64,000 bases of DNA, taken from the NCBI GenBank assembly GCA_001775095.1, contig MFCA01000029.1, positions 55,975 to 119,974 of the forward strand. Direction: 5' to 3'. Under the pieces are notes generated by a model. The model had not been told where the DNA came from and searched no databases. It saw only the letters and a list, made by a program, of their open reading frames with translations. The stretch's first letter is position 1; every line of letters begins with the position of its first letter. Shown here one piece after another: positions 1-9,450 of the stretch. The stretch comes from Candidatus Curtissbacteria bacterium RIFOXYA1_FULL_41_14. Lineage in GTDB: Bacteria; Patescibacteriota; Microgenomatia; Curtissbacterales; GWA2-41-24. The position numbers and the translations under genes were made by a program.

Positions 1-70
1 TATTCACCATCTATAACCATTTTTCACCAAAACTTGCGCAAATGTCAAGTAGGCAAAACCAGTCTTGTTA

Positions 71-76
71 TATAAT
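71..76 (+). promoter_or_regulatory. -10 box TATAAT, probable leaderless promoter
   Basis: TATAAT-N6-ATG(83); the same geometry recurs elsewhere in the window. Confidence 0.55.
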
Positions 77-82
77 CTTGAT

Positions 83-637
83 ATGAACCTGACTGAAAGA
101 TGGGATCCAAGCCGAAATATTCCTCAAAACGATGTTGATCGTTTAGTTTTGCGGATTTTTGAAGGAAAACCAGTTGCCAGACTTGAATTGTTGCCTAGTT
201 TGAATCCGGCAATAAATAATCCATGGCAGTCTGTTGAAGATTGGGCAGCTAAGGTTCAGGAATTCTTAGGGGTAAGCAAAGAAAAGATTCAAGCAGTCAG
301 AAGAGTCGAGACTGAGAGAAGATACTGTGTAATGACCCACTATCCTAAATACTACATGATACTAATGCTTGGAGACGAACGTTTCTTGAACTGGATATGG
401 CTGGCCCATTGGGATGATGGACAGACAACCATTTCTTTTGATGGCCTAATTGCCGAAAGAGAAAAACCGAAGGGTTCGGAAGAAGAAGAGAGAGCTAAGA
501 CTGAACTTTTCAAAGAAGGCCTAGAAAAATTATCTGGTCAATATTCAGACTTTGATTGCCGCGCGAGATTAAACGCAGCTGTCGAAAGTGATAGGCAACG
601 CCAAAGATTATTTTTAGAGGGTAAGCTCGAAGATTAA
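83..637 (+). CDS. Hypothetical protein (about 184 aa)
   Basis: Long ORF. ATG at 83 lies 6 nt after TATAAT (71-76), so it is preferred over the TTG at 65. No recognisable family motif. Confidence 0.7.
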   Translation: MNLTERWDPSRNIPQNDVDRLVLRIFEGKPVARLELLPSLNPAINNPWQSVEDWAAKVQEFLGVSKEKIQAVRRVETERRYCVMTHYPKYYMILMLGDERFLNWIWLAHWDDGQTTISFDGLIAEREKPKGSEEEERAKTELFKEGLEKLSGQYSDFDCRARLNAAVESDRQRQRLFLEGKLED

Positions 638-700
638 AAGCGAGGCGATTACTAAAAAGGCAATTATAATTCCGATGGCTGTTAAAATCTGCTTTGACAT
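614..700 (-). CDS. Small hydrophobic membrane peptide, 28 aa (MSKQILTAIGIIIAFLVIASLLIFELTL)
   Basis: Hand translation, below the ORF-track cutoff. Preceded by GAAAGGAAGAA (SD-like); single TM-like segment. Confidence 0.4.
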   Translation of the reverse strand: MSKQILTAIGIIIAFLVIASLLIFELTL

Positions 701-711
701 TTCTTCCTTTC

Positions 712-793
712 TGTCATCCTGAACTTACCCGCCCTGAGCGAGGTCGAAGGGATTCAGGATCTATATAGATTCCGAAATGAATTCGGAATGACA
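712..793. repeat. REP-like palindromic element (TGTCATCCTGAAC...TTCAGGATCT/AGATTCCGAA...TTCGGAATGACA) with a nested 24-nt CCCGCCCTGAGCGAGGTCGAAGGG motif at 728-751
   Basis: Inverted ends TGTCAT/ATGACA; the inner 24-mer recurs at 22267-22290. Confidence 0.75.
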
Positions 794-812
794 ATTAGTC
801 GAAAAACCTTTG

Positions 813-865
813 TATTCTTCGAACGAAGTGAGAAGTTTGATAGTTCTCGCTCCGCTCGAACAATA
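813..865. repeat. Imperfect palindrome TTCGAACGAAGTGAGAA...TTCTCGCTCCGCTCGAA downstream of purF (REP-like; may act as a terminator)
   Basis: Inverted arms visible in the sequence. Confidence 0.55.
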
Positions 866-883
866 AGAGTTTTCAATAAGCCC

Positions 884-2437
884 TTAACTCTTTTTACTGG
901 CATAAGGGGTCCTTCTATATTCAGGATCATACTGGCTCATATCAAATGGATTATTATAGTCAAGACAACCGCTACAGTGAGAAGCGTGCATTTGATCAAC
1001 TGTCATTTCAAGTGAAGCAGCAAGCCCTTCCAGACTTAAATAATATAAGGAAGCAACTTTAAGATTTTTTTGAATTTCCTCTTGAGACATTATTCTATAT
1101 TGACCTTTTTTATTTTTGTCGACTGCCCCCAACTCATCACGAGAACCGATATTTACCCCTAAAAAGCACGGGTTGACAAAACGCGGAGCCAGGAATCGAC
1201 AATGGATTTCCCTGACACCGATTTCCAGTAAATGTTTAACCAAAATTTTGTAAGTATTAAGCCGGACACCGGTATCGTCAATTAAGTAAATTGATTTACC
1301 AATTATCGATGGAGATACGAAAAACTTCTTTTCGATTTGCCTTTCCCTAAGATAGGGGTCGTCCTCAATGAAAGTCCGCCTTGCCCAATCGTATCTTTCT
1401 TTGACAAGTCCACGAGTGTAGACCATTTTAAGATTGAATCTTGAAAGCTCCTGTTTAAGGGTCTCATAAAAAGTAAGGGCGCCTGGTCTAGCAGTATCCG
1501 GAACAGCCACAACATAGTCAATATTTTCAATATCATCCTTTTTGATGATCCCATCTGCAACTCTTACTGCTTCCTCTTTGGCAAGCTGTGCTCCTAAATT
1601 ATTTCTGTTTTCGCCAATTACGAAGCCATGCCACATGGAAGTTTCGTGGGAAAAATAAAGTTTTTCAAAAACACAAAAGGCGTGTTTTTTAACCGGGGTA
1701 TAGTTAGTTTGTGAAACTCCGTTTTTGTCAGCTATTAAAAGTTGCCCGGGCTCAATCCGCTGGCTATGGCGAATGTTAATTCTATCAAGGGCGCAAGTTT
1801 CAGAAGCAACAAAAACATGGCCGTTATCTTGTGTCCAAACCAGAGGCCTTACCCCCCAAGGATCACGAAGAGCCATTAACTTATCATCACCAGTTACCAT
1901 CACCAGCGAATAGGCACCTTTGACATCGGATAGAGCATTGGTAATTTTCTGCTTCCAAGTAGAACCGGGCGCGGTTACAATCAGCCATGTCAAAATTTCC
2001 GAATCTGAATCTGATTCTGTTTCGACTCCGAGTTTTTTGAGTTTATTAAAATGCCTTTTGATATCGACAACATTACCATTATGCCCAAGTGCCAATTCCC
2101 AACCTTTATATGAGGCATAAAAGGGCTGGGCGTCGCAATTTTGCCGGCTGGCGCCCTCTGTCGGGTAACGAAGATGGGCAATTGCAATTTCGCCACGGAG
2201 AGAGTGATCTTCGATTACATCAACTGAGGAAAATATTTCATTAAAAGCTCTGGCTTTTTTGTAGACTTTAAGTATTTTGCCTTGCGGTTTAACAGCCACT
2301 CCTCCCCCATTTTGACCTCTGTGCTGGAGTGCCTTACCCATCTCAATAACCGAATTGACGACATTTATGCCTCCTTGGGCATAACCGCCCGCAATTCCGC
2401 AATAATGATGGAGCTCTGTCGGAATATGTTTTGTCAC
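884..2437 (-). CDS. purF: Amidophosphoribosyltransferase (Ntn glutaminase + PRTase, Bacillus-type with Fe-S cysteines)
   Basis: CGI N-terminal nucleophile, LQHRGQ, HLRYPT, HNGN, SDSE, RDPWGVRPL, ASETCA, CVFE, PCFLG, CSGC. GTG at 2437 gives a 12-aa propeptide before Cys; the track's TTG at 2500 is probably a -35 box. Confidence 0.88.
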   Translation of the reverse strand: MTKHIPTELHHYCGIAGGYAQGGINVVNSVIEMGKALQHRGQNGGGVAVKPQGKILKVYKKARAFNEIFSSVDVIEDHSLRGEIAIAHLRYPTEGASRQNCDAQPFYASYKGWELALGHNGNVVDIKRHFNKLKKLGVETESDSDSEILTWLIVTAPGSTWKQKITNALSDVKGAYSLVMVTGDDKLMALRDPWGVRPLVWTQDNGHVFVASETCALDRINIRHSQRIEPGQLLIADKNGVSQTNYTPVKKHAFCVFEKLYFSHETSMWHGFVIGENRNNLGAQLAKEEAVRVADGIIKKDDIENIDYVVAVPDTARPGALTFYETLKQELSRFNLKMVYTRGLVKERYDWARRTFIEDDPYLRERQIEKKFFVSPSIIGKSIYLIDDTGVRLNTYKILVKHLLEIGVREIHCRFLAPRFVNPCFLGVNIGSRDELGAVDKNKKGQYRIMSQEEIQKNLKVASLYYLSLEGLAASLEMTVDQMHASHCSGCLDYNNPFDMSQYDPEYRRTPYASKKS

Positions 2438-2471
2438 AAAAAATAGCTTTTTAGGAGAATTCCTTGAATTC

Positions 2472-2500
2472 AGTATGAACTGCAGGCCGATTTTTTTCAA
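2472..2500 (-). promoter_or_regulatory. Sigma70-type promoter for purF, TTGAAA-N17-CATACT
   Basis: Exact 17-nt spacing counted on the minus strand. Confidence 0.5.
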
Positions 2501-2520
2501 GTGGGAGTGATTTTAGGGGT

Positions 2521-3882
2521 TCAACCCGAATTTGCGGTCGGACCCCTATTTAGCCTGGAGTTGATTTGTGATGCCAAACTTGCAATTTTTACTCTTTCTT
2601 GTTTTGTCGTGTCACGATCACGGATAGTTACTGTATCATCCTCCAAAGTTTTAAAGTCGATGGTCACACAATACGGCGTGCCGATTTCGTCCTGAGAGTA
2701 ATAACGCTTTCCGATATTTCCCCGCTCATCCCAGGCAATGGGTAAAAGTTCACGGTTCACAGTTAACAGTTCACGGACCAAGCGGGCTTTTTTGACTAGT
2801 TCCGGTTTGTTGGCCAAAAGCGGGAAGACGGCAACCTTGACCGGTGCAAGTTTGGGATTAAGTTTTAGGACAACTCGGCCTTGTCCTGAGTTTGTCGAAG
2901 GATCTTTGTCTTCATTATATGCGTCAATTAAAAAGAAGAGTGCGGCGCGGTCTACACCTCCTGAGGTTTCAATAATCCATGGCAAATAATGCTTACCGGT
3001 TTCCTGATCGAAGTATTGCATATCTTGACCGGAAGATTTTTGATGTTGTGAAAGATCCCAGTCCCCCCGATTGTGAATTCCTTCGAACTCTTTCCAGCCA
3101 AAGGGTGAATCGTATTCAATATCCCAAGCATCCCGGGCATAATGGGCTCGTTCATTTTCTTCGTGCTGACGGAAACGGAGCTTGTTTTCAGTCATACCTA
3201 GCGTCCGGTACCAATTCATTCTTTCTTTTTTCCAATATTCATACCATTTTCTTGCCTGGCTTTCTTCTGGTTTGATATAAAACTGCAGTTCCATCTGTTC
3301 AAATTCTCTTGAGCGGAAAGTAAAGTTCCCCGGGTTAATTTCGTTGCGGAAAGCCTTACCTATTTGGGCAATCCCAAAAGGTATTTGCAGTCTTGTCGAG
3401 TCTAAAACATTTTTAAAGTTGACATGAACACCTTGAGTAATTTCGCCGCGAAGATAAACCTTTTGTTTAGCCTCCTCAACTACTCCTAATTTTGCCTCAA
3501 CCAAAAGATTGAATTTTCTGGACGGGGTCCATTGGGTCTTTTTGCCTTGGTGAGATTTTTCGTGACCTGCCAAATCTTCTTTTTGATCCGCCTTAAATCT
3601 TTGATGACAGATTTTACACTCCACCAAAGGATCGACAAAAGCCTTGACATGGCCGGACGCTTCCCAAACCTTTGGATTCATCAAGATTGCTGCATCAATC
3701 CCGACAACATCATTCCGTCCGTAAACAGTTGATTGCCAAAAAGCTTCCTTGATATTGTTTTTAAGTTCTACACCCAAAGGACCATAATCCCAAGTTCCCC
3801 CCAAGCCGCCATAAATTTCTGAGCCCGGAAAAATAAAGCCTCGGCGCTTACAAAGAGAAACGATCTTATCAAGAGTAGTCAT
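2521..3882 (-). CDS. glyQS: Glycine--tRNA ligase, alpha2 homodimeric type
   Basis: KRRGFIFPGSEIYGGL, DYGPLG, QIGKAFRNEI, FRSREFEQME, C-terminal anticodon-binding domain (IGKRY..QDEIGTP). Confidence 0.96.
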   Translation of the reverse strand: MTTLDKIVSLCKRRGFIFPGSEIYGGLGGTWDYGPLGVELKNNIKEAFWQSTVYGRNDVVGIDAAILMNPKVWEASGHVKAFVDPLVECKICHQRFKADQKEDLAGHEKSHQGKKTQWTPSRKFNLLVEAKLGVVEEAKQKVYLRGEITQGVHVNFKNVLDSTRLQIPFGIAQIGKAFRNEINPGNFTFRSREFEQMELQFYIKPEESQARKWYEYWKKERMNWYRTLGMTENKLRFRQHEENERAHYARDAWDIEYDSPFGWKEFEGIHNRGDWDLSQHQKSSGQDMQYFDQETGKHYLPWIIETSGGVDRAALFFLIDAYNEDKDPSTNSGQGRVVLKLNPKLAPVKVAVFPLLANKPELVKKARLVRELLTVNRELLPIAWDERGNIGKRYYSQDEIGTPYCVTIDFKTLEDDTVTIRDRDTTKQERVKIASLASQINSRLNRGPTANSG

Positions 3883-4730
3883 TTTGAGGAAACAACGACA
3901 TATGTTGCGAAGGAGTCAGTCGTTGCAGAAATGGTCTTGGAAGCACTGTCGTAATTTGAATCAAGCTTTGCCCATTTGGAATCAGTATGATTGTAGCTAT
4001 AAAGTTGGGGGTTTTCGACATCTTGGGTAAGTTTGATGCTTAAAGGGGCACTTTTTGAAAAGACGGGCGCCACCGAAAAAGTACCATAAACAGGTAAAAC
4101 TACGCCTTTAATATCAAATTGGCCATTTGCCGGAACACCGACTGTGTCTGAAATAATCACAAAATAATTTTTGCCGAGAGTTGGAGAGGTCATTTGAAAA
4201 TTACCGGACTGATCTTTAAGCGTTGCTGAGCTTGCGACAATTTGCTCAAAACCCCAACCGGTTTCAGACTGATATTCTGTCTCTCCTTTGAACATATGTA
4301 TTGTCAGTTTGCCATCGGTTATCCCGGTATCCGGACTTCGAACACCTTTTGAAGCTGTACCCAGTAGAATCGATTTCTTATACTTTGGATCTTTGGTATT
4401 TACATCAATACCCGTTGCACCCCGCTGGATCTTTTCACCGGCGATATTAGGGTTGTCTGCCAAGTAAGTTAGCTCATACTCGATCTGGTCAAAATCAGTC
4501 ATATTCTCAATAGAGAGTAAAATTTCTGCGCCGTCAGAGGTTGGTGTCAAAGTCACATAGGGACGCTTTGCAACATCAATTTCATTTAGCTGTCTAACTT
4601 CCCCTGAAACCTCCTCGGGCTTAATTTGTCCAGGCCCTTTTTGAAAGATAAATAAGAAGTAAACAGCGACTAAAATACCTATAAAACCGATAGCAGCAAT
4701 GATGTAAGTGTTGCGTTTAGCCTGATCCAT
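3879..4730 (-). CDS. Hypothetical N-terminally anchored exported protein
   Basis: N-terminal TM helix followed by a Ser/Thr-rich, beta-rich region; overlaps the glyQS start. Confidence 0.75.
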   Translation of the reverse strand: MDQAKRNTYIIAAIGFIGILVAVYFLFIFQKGPGQIKPEEVSGEVRQLNEIDVAKRPYVTLTPTSDGAEILLSIENMTDFDQIEYELTYLADNPNIAGEKIQRGATGIDVNTKDPKYKKSILLGTASKGVRSPDTGITDGKLTIHMFKGETEYQSETGWGFEQIVASSATLKDQSGNFQMTSPTLGKNYFVIISDTVGVPANGQFDIKGVVLPVYGTFSVAPVFSKSAPLSIKLTQDVENPQLYSYNHTDSKWAKLDSNYDSASKTISATTDSFATYVVVSSK

Positions 4731-4737
4731 CTCAATT

Positions 4738-4870
4738 TAAATTTCGAAATCCTAAATTCTAAATCCGAAACAAATCCAAATATTCAAAATTCTAAATTCA
4801 AAATACCTAATGTTCAAGAACTTGAATTTAGATATTGTTTAGAATTTCGTGCTTAGTATTTTGGACTTGC
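4738..4870. repeat. Intergenic heptamer-period inverted element (AAATCCT/AAATTCT left arm; complementary right arm)
   Basis: 7-nt periodicity; shares GATATTGTTTAG with the copies at 8075 and 14538. Confidence 0.8.
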
Positions 4871-4878
4871 AAACAAAA

Positions 4879-5502
4879 CTATAAAAACCGTGAGGTTTTG
4901 AGTTTTGTTTGAGTAAGGTTCTCAATTATGCTATCAAGAAATTGCAAAAGTTTCAAATATGACCTGTCTGTGAGTTTGATCTTTTCTTTAATCTTGCCAA
5001 AATCTGCATTTTCCAGGGTTTCAAAAAGATTTTTCGCATTTGAATTTTTGATGTTTTTCGCGGAAAAAAAACCAAGTGTTGATAAAAGTTTGATTTTAAA
5101 TGTAAGTGAGAGTAATCTAAAATCTTCGCCATCGGTAATTCTTTTAAGAAAGCCGACAAGTAGAATAAAAACAGAAAGATTTTTCTGTTTTTCCGCTGTT
5201 AAATTATCAACAAGCTCCAAAAGATGATAGATTTTATTGGCCTTTTGTTCGCTGAAATCGACTATTCCAAAAGAACGCTTTAGTTCAACTTCTGTCAATA
5301 AATCAAGATTCCTGCCCCGAGCAACAAAAATCCGACACCAATTGCCAAGTTCGAGATGACCAGCTTTTCTGGATCTTGGACGACGGACACCTTTGGCAAG
5401 TGCAACAATCTTACCATGATCGCGACTACAAATAGTTAAGATTCTATCCGCTTCTGCGAAATTACGACGCGCTAGAATCACGCCTTCGGTTTTAAAATAC
5501 AT
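4879..5502 (-). CDS. recO: DNA repair protein RecO
   Basis: N-terminal OB fold: EGVIL..RNFAEADRILTI....GKI...AKGVR. Confidence 0.92.
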   Translation of the reverse strand: MYFKTEGVILARRNFAEADRILTICSRDHGKIVALAKGVRRPRSRKAGHLELGNWCRIFVARGRNLDLLTEVELKRSFGIVDFSEQKANKIYHLLELVDNLTAEKQKNLSVFILLVGFLKRITDGEDFRLLSLTFKIKLLSTLGFFSAKNIKNSNAKNLFETLENADFGKIKEKIKLTDRSYLKLLQFLDSIIENLTQTKLKTSRFL

Positions 5503-5568
5503 AACTTACTACCCCATCGATTCAGACTCGTTTGGGGAGGGTAGATAATACATGCAACAATTTGAATA

Positions 5569-7380
5569 TTAAAGCCTGAAAATGAGTTCCTTGTCGGTAT
5601 CGAGAGGGAAAGCTTTTTGTTTTTTACCAAAAGCCTCAATTTCGTAAGTATGGCCTTTTATACCACCTTGCTTTTGAATAAGAAGTTTATACTGATTGTC
5701 AACTTTTAGAGGGACTGTATATTCAATTTCGAATTTCAGCGAGCCCTCTGGCCTCAGCTCAAAAAACCCTTCAAAAACCGTTTTTGTAAGATCCTCGGTC
5801 TCGGTGAATTCCAATCCATCTGTTTTCGTAATCTTGGATCCCTTAGGAACATAAACTCTTATCCAATCTCTGTAAATCCCGGCCAGACACAAACCACCTT
5901 GACGTTCAAGTGAACAATTGTCCATTTTACGCGGGTACTTATATTCAATTGTTAGCTTTTTCTCTAAATTATTATCTTTACCTTTTTTAACAGTTTGTTT
6001 AACCTTTTCCTGAACGTAGAGATTCGATTTGGCACCGGCAAAATTGGTTTCGTTAATCAGGAAGTAATCACCATCATATTGATTGAGACGCCCGGCAAAA
6101 TTAATTTTCTCGGCGGCTTCTTGAAGATTTGCTCGTTTAAAATATAAAAGCAGATGTTTTTCACGAAGAGCTGTTATCGTCGTTCCCAAAAGATTCGGCC
6201 ACGAGGATTTGGGGGCATTAAATGCTTTATCCATCATTTGCTGCATTAAAACACCAATAATATCTTTGCGCGCGCCTTTCTCATAGGCCACTGGTTCGTC
6301 AGCAAATTTTTCCAGTTCATAAATAATCTGCGGACATGCACAAGCTTCAACTTCATCAGTTGTGAATTTGGCACCGTAGGCATCAATTGGTCCAAGTACT
6401 TTCATCATCGCCAAAACAAATTCGGTATCCAGTGCAACGATCCCGTCAATTTCTTTTTTAGCTTGGGTAGCATTGTATAGTTCCTCGAATTGTTGCATCG
6501 AGGCGTAATAGTCGGGAGAGAGGTTAGAATCCCGCAAATTTAAAGTACTAACATTCGGAAGATATTTAACAATTGGTTCGGGTGCAGGAATTTTCTTAAG
6601 AAGCGTATTATCCAACTCATAAATATCCTGTGAGCCCTCTGAGGCGATGAGGCCGTTGTTGACTCTAAAAATTGCATAGGCAGTAATAAATCCTCCGGTA
6701 GGCCGAAGTTCTTTGTCGTTCTGAAATAGGACCAGGTATTTTTTCTCGCTTGTAGCACCCATAATTTCGGGTAAAACTAAAAGCAAAGGTTTAGTATCGA
6801 CGATAAACGACTCCAGCTGATCAATAGTATTTCTGGCAGTTCTGATTTTAGTACCAGGTTTACCGGGTAAAATATCCGGATAACGCCAAGGTTGAATCTG
6901 ATCTATCCTGTTTCTGGCTTGACCTAGGCTTTTGCCTACTTCATCTATCTGAGGGGTAACTTTTGATAAAGTTTCAATAGCCTTAGCCAGTCTCTCCTGA
7001 GCAGTACCACCTAAAAATGTGCCTTCACCTTCCAAACCCAACACATCCGCATATGGTGTAATAGCCTCAGCCAGAGTACTTGCTCCTTCGAGTCCATAGA
7101 TTGCCCCATCAACACCTCTTTGGATATCGGCAACATACCAACCAAAAAGCGGGATAATCCTTAATGGGGAAAATACGAAGATAAATTTTTTTGTTGTTTT
7201 AAACTCTTTAGTAGCATCACGCAAATAGGCCTTTGTTGCATTCAAATCCTGTAATTTAAAAGCACCGACTGCTTTCTGAGTCGTCGCGATAGCCGTTCGA
7301 GCTGACAGAATTGTTAAAATCCCAAACAGACCAAAAACTGCAATAAAAACTATTAAAATAAGAATTATCCGCCTCTTCAT
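5569..7380 (-). CDS. DUF4012-domain membrane-anchored protein (glycan-locus associated)
   Basis: YLVLFQNDKELRPTGGFI, RDSNLSPD, KSN, YRDWIRVYVPKG, QKQGG motifs; N-terminal TM. Confidence 0.8.
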   Translation of the reverse strand: MKRRIILILIVFIAVFGLFGILTILSARTAIATTQKAVGAFKLQDLNATKAYLRDATKEFKTTKKFIFVFSPLRIIPLFGWYVADIQRGVDGAIYGLEGASTLAEAITPYADVLGLEGEGTFLGGTAQERLAKAIETLSKVTPQIDEVGKSLGQARNRIDQIQPWRYPDILPGKPGTKIRTARNTIDQLESFIVDTKPLLLVLPEIMGATSEKKYLVLFQNDKELRPTGGFITAYAIFRVNNGLIASEGSQDIYELDNTLLKKIPAPEPIVKYLPNVSTLNLRDSNLSPDYYASMQQFEELYNATQAKKEIDGIVALDTEFVLAMMKVLGPIDAYGAKFTTDEVEACACPQIIYELEKFADEPVAYEKGARKDIIGVLMQQMMDKAFNAPKSSWPNLLGTTITALREKHLLLYFKRANLQEAAEKINFAGRLNQYDGDYFLINETNFAGAKSNLYVQEKVKQTVKKGKDNNLEKKLTIEYKYPRKMDNCSLERQGGLCLAGIYRDWIRVYVPKGSKITKTDGLEFTETEDLTKTVFEGFFELRPEGSLKFEIEYTVPLKVDNQYKLLIQKQGGIKGHTYEIEAFGKKQKAFPLDTDKELIFRL

Positions 7381-7417
7381 AAATTTAAAATTGAAGATTT
7401 AAAATTGAAGATTTTCA
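7381..7417. repeat. Short heptamer array (AAATTTA AAATTGA AGATTTA AAATTGA AGATTTT) filling the intergenic gap
   Basis: Direct reading. Confidence 0.6.
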
Positions 7418-8068
7418 TTATATTGCACCCTTTGTACTTATCATGGCAATTGGAGTCTTAATTACAATCCCAAGGTCATAGAGGATAGATTTTCTTTTAA
7501 TATAATCTGCATCCATCTCTACTCTCTTGTCGAAATTGATAGACGACCTACCTGAAACCTGCCAGGGCCCAGAAGCACCTGGTCTGGCTGTAAGAATTAT
7601 TTTAACGCATTTACGAGTTGTAGGGTAGACTTTTTGTTGATGAATAAGCTCATCTTGTTGATAAGCCCGGGGTCCAACAAGTGACATATCGCCAATTAAA
7701 ACATTTACTAACTGCGGTAATTCGTCAAGGGAAAATTTTCTCAAGATTTTACCAACTGATGTAATTCTGGGATCACGCTTCAATTTAAAACTGTTTTCTT
7801 GATACTGGCGCATTAGTTTTGGGTGGCTTTGCAGATATTTTTCTGCATGGACCCACGTCCCTTTGATTTTGTACATATGCATACTTCTAAACTTAAGCAT
7901 TTTAAATTGACTGCCGTCTTTACCAACGCGAAGCGGGTTATAAAATAGAGGACCAGGTGAGGTTGATTTAACCAGTAGTGCCACAAATATTATTATTGGA
8001 GAAAAAATAATAAGGCTTACAAGACTACCTATAATATCAATAGTACGTTTAGTGAAGTAGTAAAACAT
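7418..8068 (-). CDS. Initiating polyprenyl-phosphate phosphoglycosyl transferase (bacterial sugar transferase, WcaJ/PglC-like)
   Basis: KRTIDI, KFRSM, DPRIT.VG..LRK.SLDELPQL.NVL.GDMSLVGPR. Confidence 0.92.
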   Translation of the reverse strand: MFYYFTKRTIDIIGSLVSLIIFSPIIIFVALLVKSTSPGPLFYNPLRVGKDGSQFKMLKFRSMHMYKIKGTWVHAEKYLQSHPKLMRQYQENSFKLKRDPRITSVGKILRKFSLDELPQLVNVLIGDMSLVGPRAYQQDELIHQQKVYPTTRKCVKIILTARPGASGPWQVSGRSSINFDKRVEMDADYIKRKSILYDLGIVIKTPIAMISTKGAI

Positions 8069-8074
8069 ATCCTG

Positions 8075-8232
8075 AAAAATTCTAATTTCTAAATCCTAAA
8101 TCCTAAACAAATCTAAATGACCAAAATATAAAATTTAAAACAATTTAAAAAAAACAAATTTACTTTTTTGTTTTTTGAACATTTGAATTTTGATATTGTT
8201 TAGAGTTTAGAATTTAGCGTTTAGAATTTGAT
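8075..8232. repeat. Intergenic heptamer-period inverted element (near copy of 14538-14690)
   Basis: Shared TTCTAATTTCTAAATCCTAAATCCTAAA...AAATGACCAAAATA...TTTGAACATTTGAATTTTGATATTGTTTAGAGTTTAG. Confidence 0.85.
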
Positions 8233-8250
8233 TAGCTATTAGGTCAATTT

Positions 8251-9351
8251 CTACAAATATTCTTCTTTCTCGGCGTCTTTGAGTTTTTCAATTATCTTCT
8301 TGACATCATGAGTTCTTCCCTTTGAGCAAACTAAGAGAGCATCCTCCGTATCGACAATGATTAGCCCTTCCAGTCCGATGGCTGCAATAACTTTCTGATT
8401 TTTGTTTGAGTAGACAAGACAGTCTTTAAGATCCAAATCAATTACCTCTCCCTGCAGTATATTGTCTTGAGGATGAGAAGCCATTTCGTCTTTTAGTTCA
8501 TTCCATGTTCCGACATCCCTCCAACCCAGATCTGCAGAGACGACTACTTGGTCTTGACCTGTCAGATGAGAATTGACCGCGAAGTCTATAGAAGTTTTAG
8601 GAATTTTTTCGTATTCTCTTTCCAAAACCGATTCCTGCTGGTCTCCCCCCCATGCTTTTTGAATTTTGGATAGAGGTACAAAGCCTTTTGGAAAGAACTT
8701 CTCAATTTGGGAAAGCATTTTTCCCGCTGGCCAAAGTGCATAGCCTACATGCCAGAGATATTCCCAGGATTCCACGAATTTTTTGGCTTGAGCAAAATCG
8801 GGTTTTTCAATTTGGGCAACAAATTCGAAAACTGCTATACCGTTAACTTTTTTTAGCATTTTGCCAACTTGTAAATAGCCCAAGGCGGTACTTGCAAAGG
8901 TCGGCCTTACACCGATTTCGACGAATTTACCAGTTTCTGCGACTGTTTGATTTGCCAGTAAAATTGCTTTGATAAATTCCGGACCGTTGCGTACTACATG
9001 ATCACACCAAATAGCCAAGACATTTGGATTATCAAACTTTTTATCCAAAACTGCGGCCGCTAAGCCGACAGCTGCACCAGTATCTCGCATTTGTGGTTCG
9101 ATAACGATGTTCTCAAGTGGAATCTGAGGAGCAAGTTTAACAATCCAACCAACACAATCACGGGTGGTTATGGGAAATATGTCACGGAAAGGGAACTCTT
9201 GTTTTAAAAGATTTACCATAATCTCAAAAGTGGACAAATTGTTGATAAGCGGCTGGAATTGTTTGGGAAGTGCCCTTCTGCTCATCGGCCACATACGAGT
9301 GCCGGATCCACCGCAAAAAAGAGCGATTTTTAAGTTTCTATGATTCTGCAT
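8251..9351 (-). CDS. manC: Mannose-1-phosphate guanylyltransferase
   Basis: GGSGTRMWPMSR...PKQF, EP..RDTG, EKPD, SIDFAV, GWRDVGTW, DTEDALLV. Confidence 0.9.
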   Translation of the reverse strand: MQNHRNLKIALFCGGSGTRMWPMSRRALPKQFQPLINNLSTFEIMVNLLKQEFPFRDIFPITTRDCVGWIVKLAPQIPLENIVIEPQMRDTGAAVGLAAAVLDKKFDNPNVLAIWCDHVVRNGPEFIKAILLANQTVAETGKFVEIGVRPTFASTALGYLQVGKMLKKVNGIAVFEFVAQIEKPDFAQAKKFVESWEYLWHVGYALWPAGKMLSQIEKFFPKGFVPLSKIQKAWGGDQQESVLEREYEKIPKTSIDFAVNSHLTGQDQVVVSADLGWRDVGTWNELKDEMASHPQDNILQGEVIDLDLKDCLVYSNKNQKVIAAIGLEGLIIVDTEDALLVCSKGRTHDVKKIIEKLKDAEKEEYL

Positions 9352-9357
9352 GTTATT

Positions 9358-9450
9358 AAAGTATCAAAGGTATCAAAGGTTATAGAACATTATGCGTATG
9401 ATACTTGTGGTACTTCTGATACTTGTGGTACTTCTGATACTTGTGATACA
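9358..9450. repeat. 9-nt-period repeat element (GATACTTGT/GGTACTTCT) encoding the VSQVSEVPQVSEVPQVS C-terminal tail, with a complementary AAGTATCAA arm in the intergenic gap
   Basis: Direct reading; the arms are reverse complements. Confidence 0.8.

Noticed and set aside
1-48. Divergent gene starting at ATG 10 (minus) with TTGACA at 48-43
   Set aside because: Plausible, but only 3 codons are in the window and the -10 box is poor, so it was not called.
712-865. tRNA or riboswitch in the structured intergenic region
   Set aside because: No cloverleaf, T-loop or known aptamer consensus; it lies 3' of purF and matches the dispersed palindrome families.
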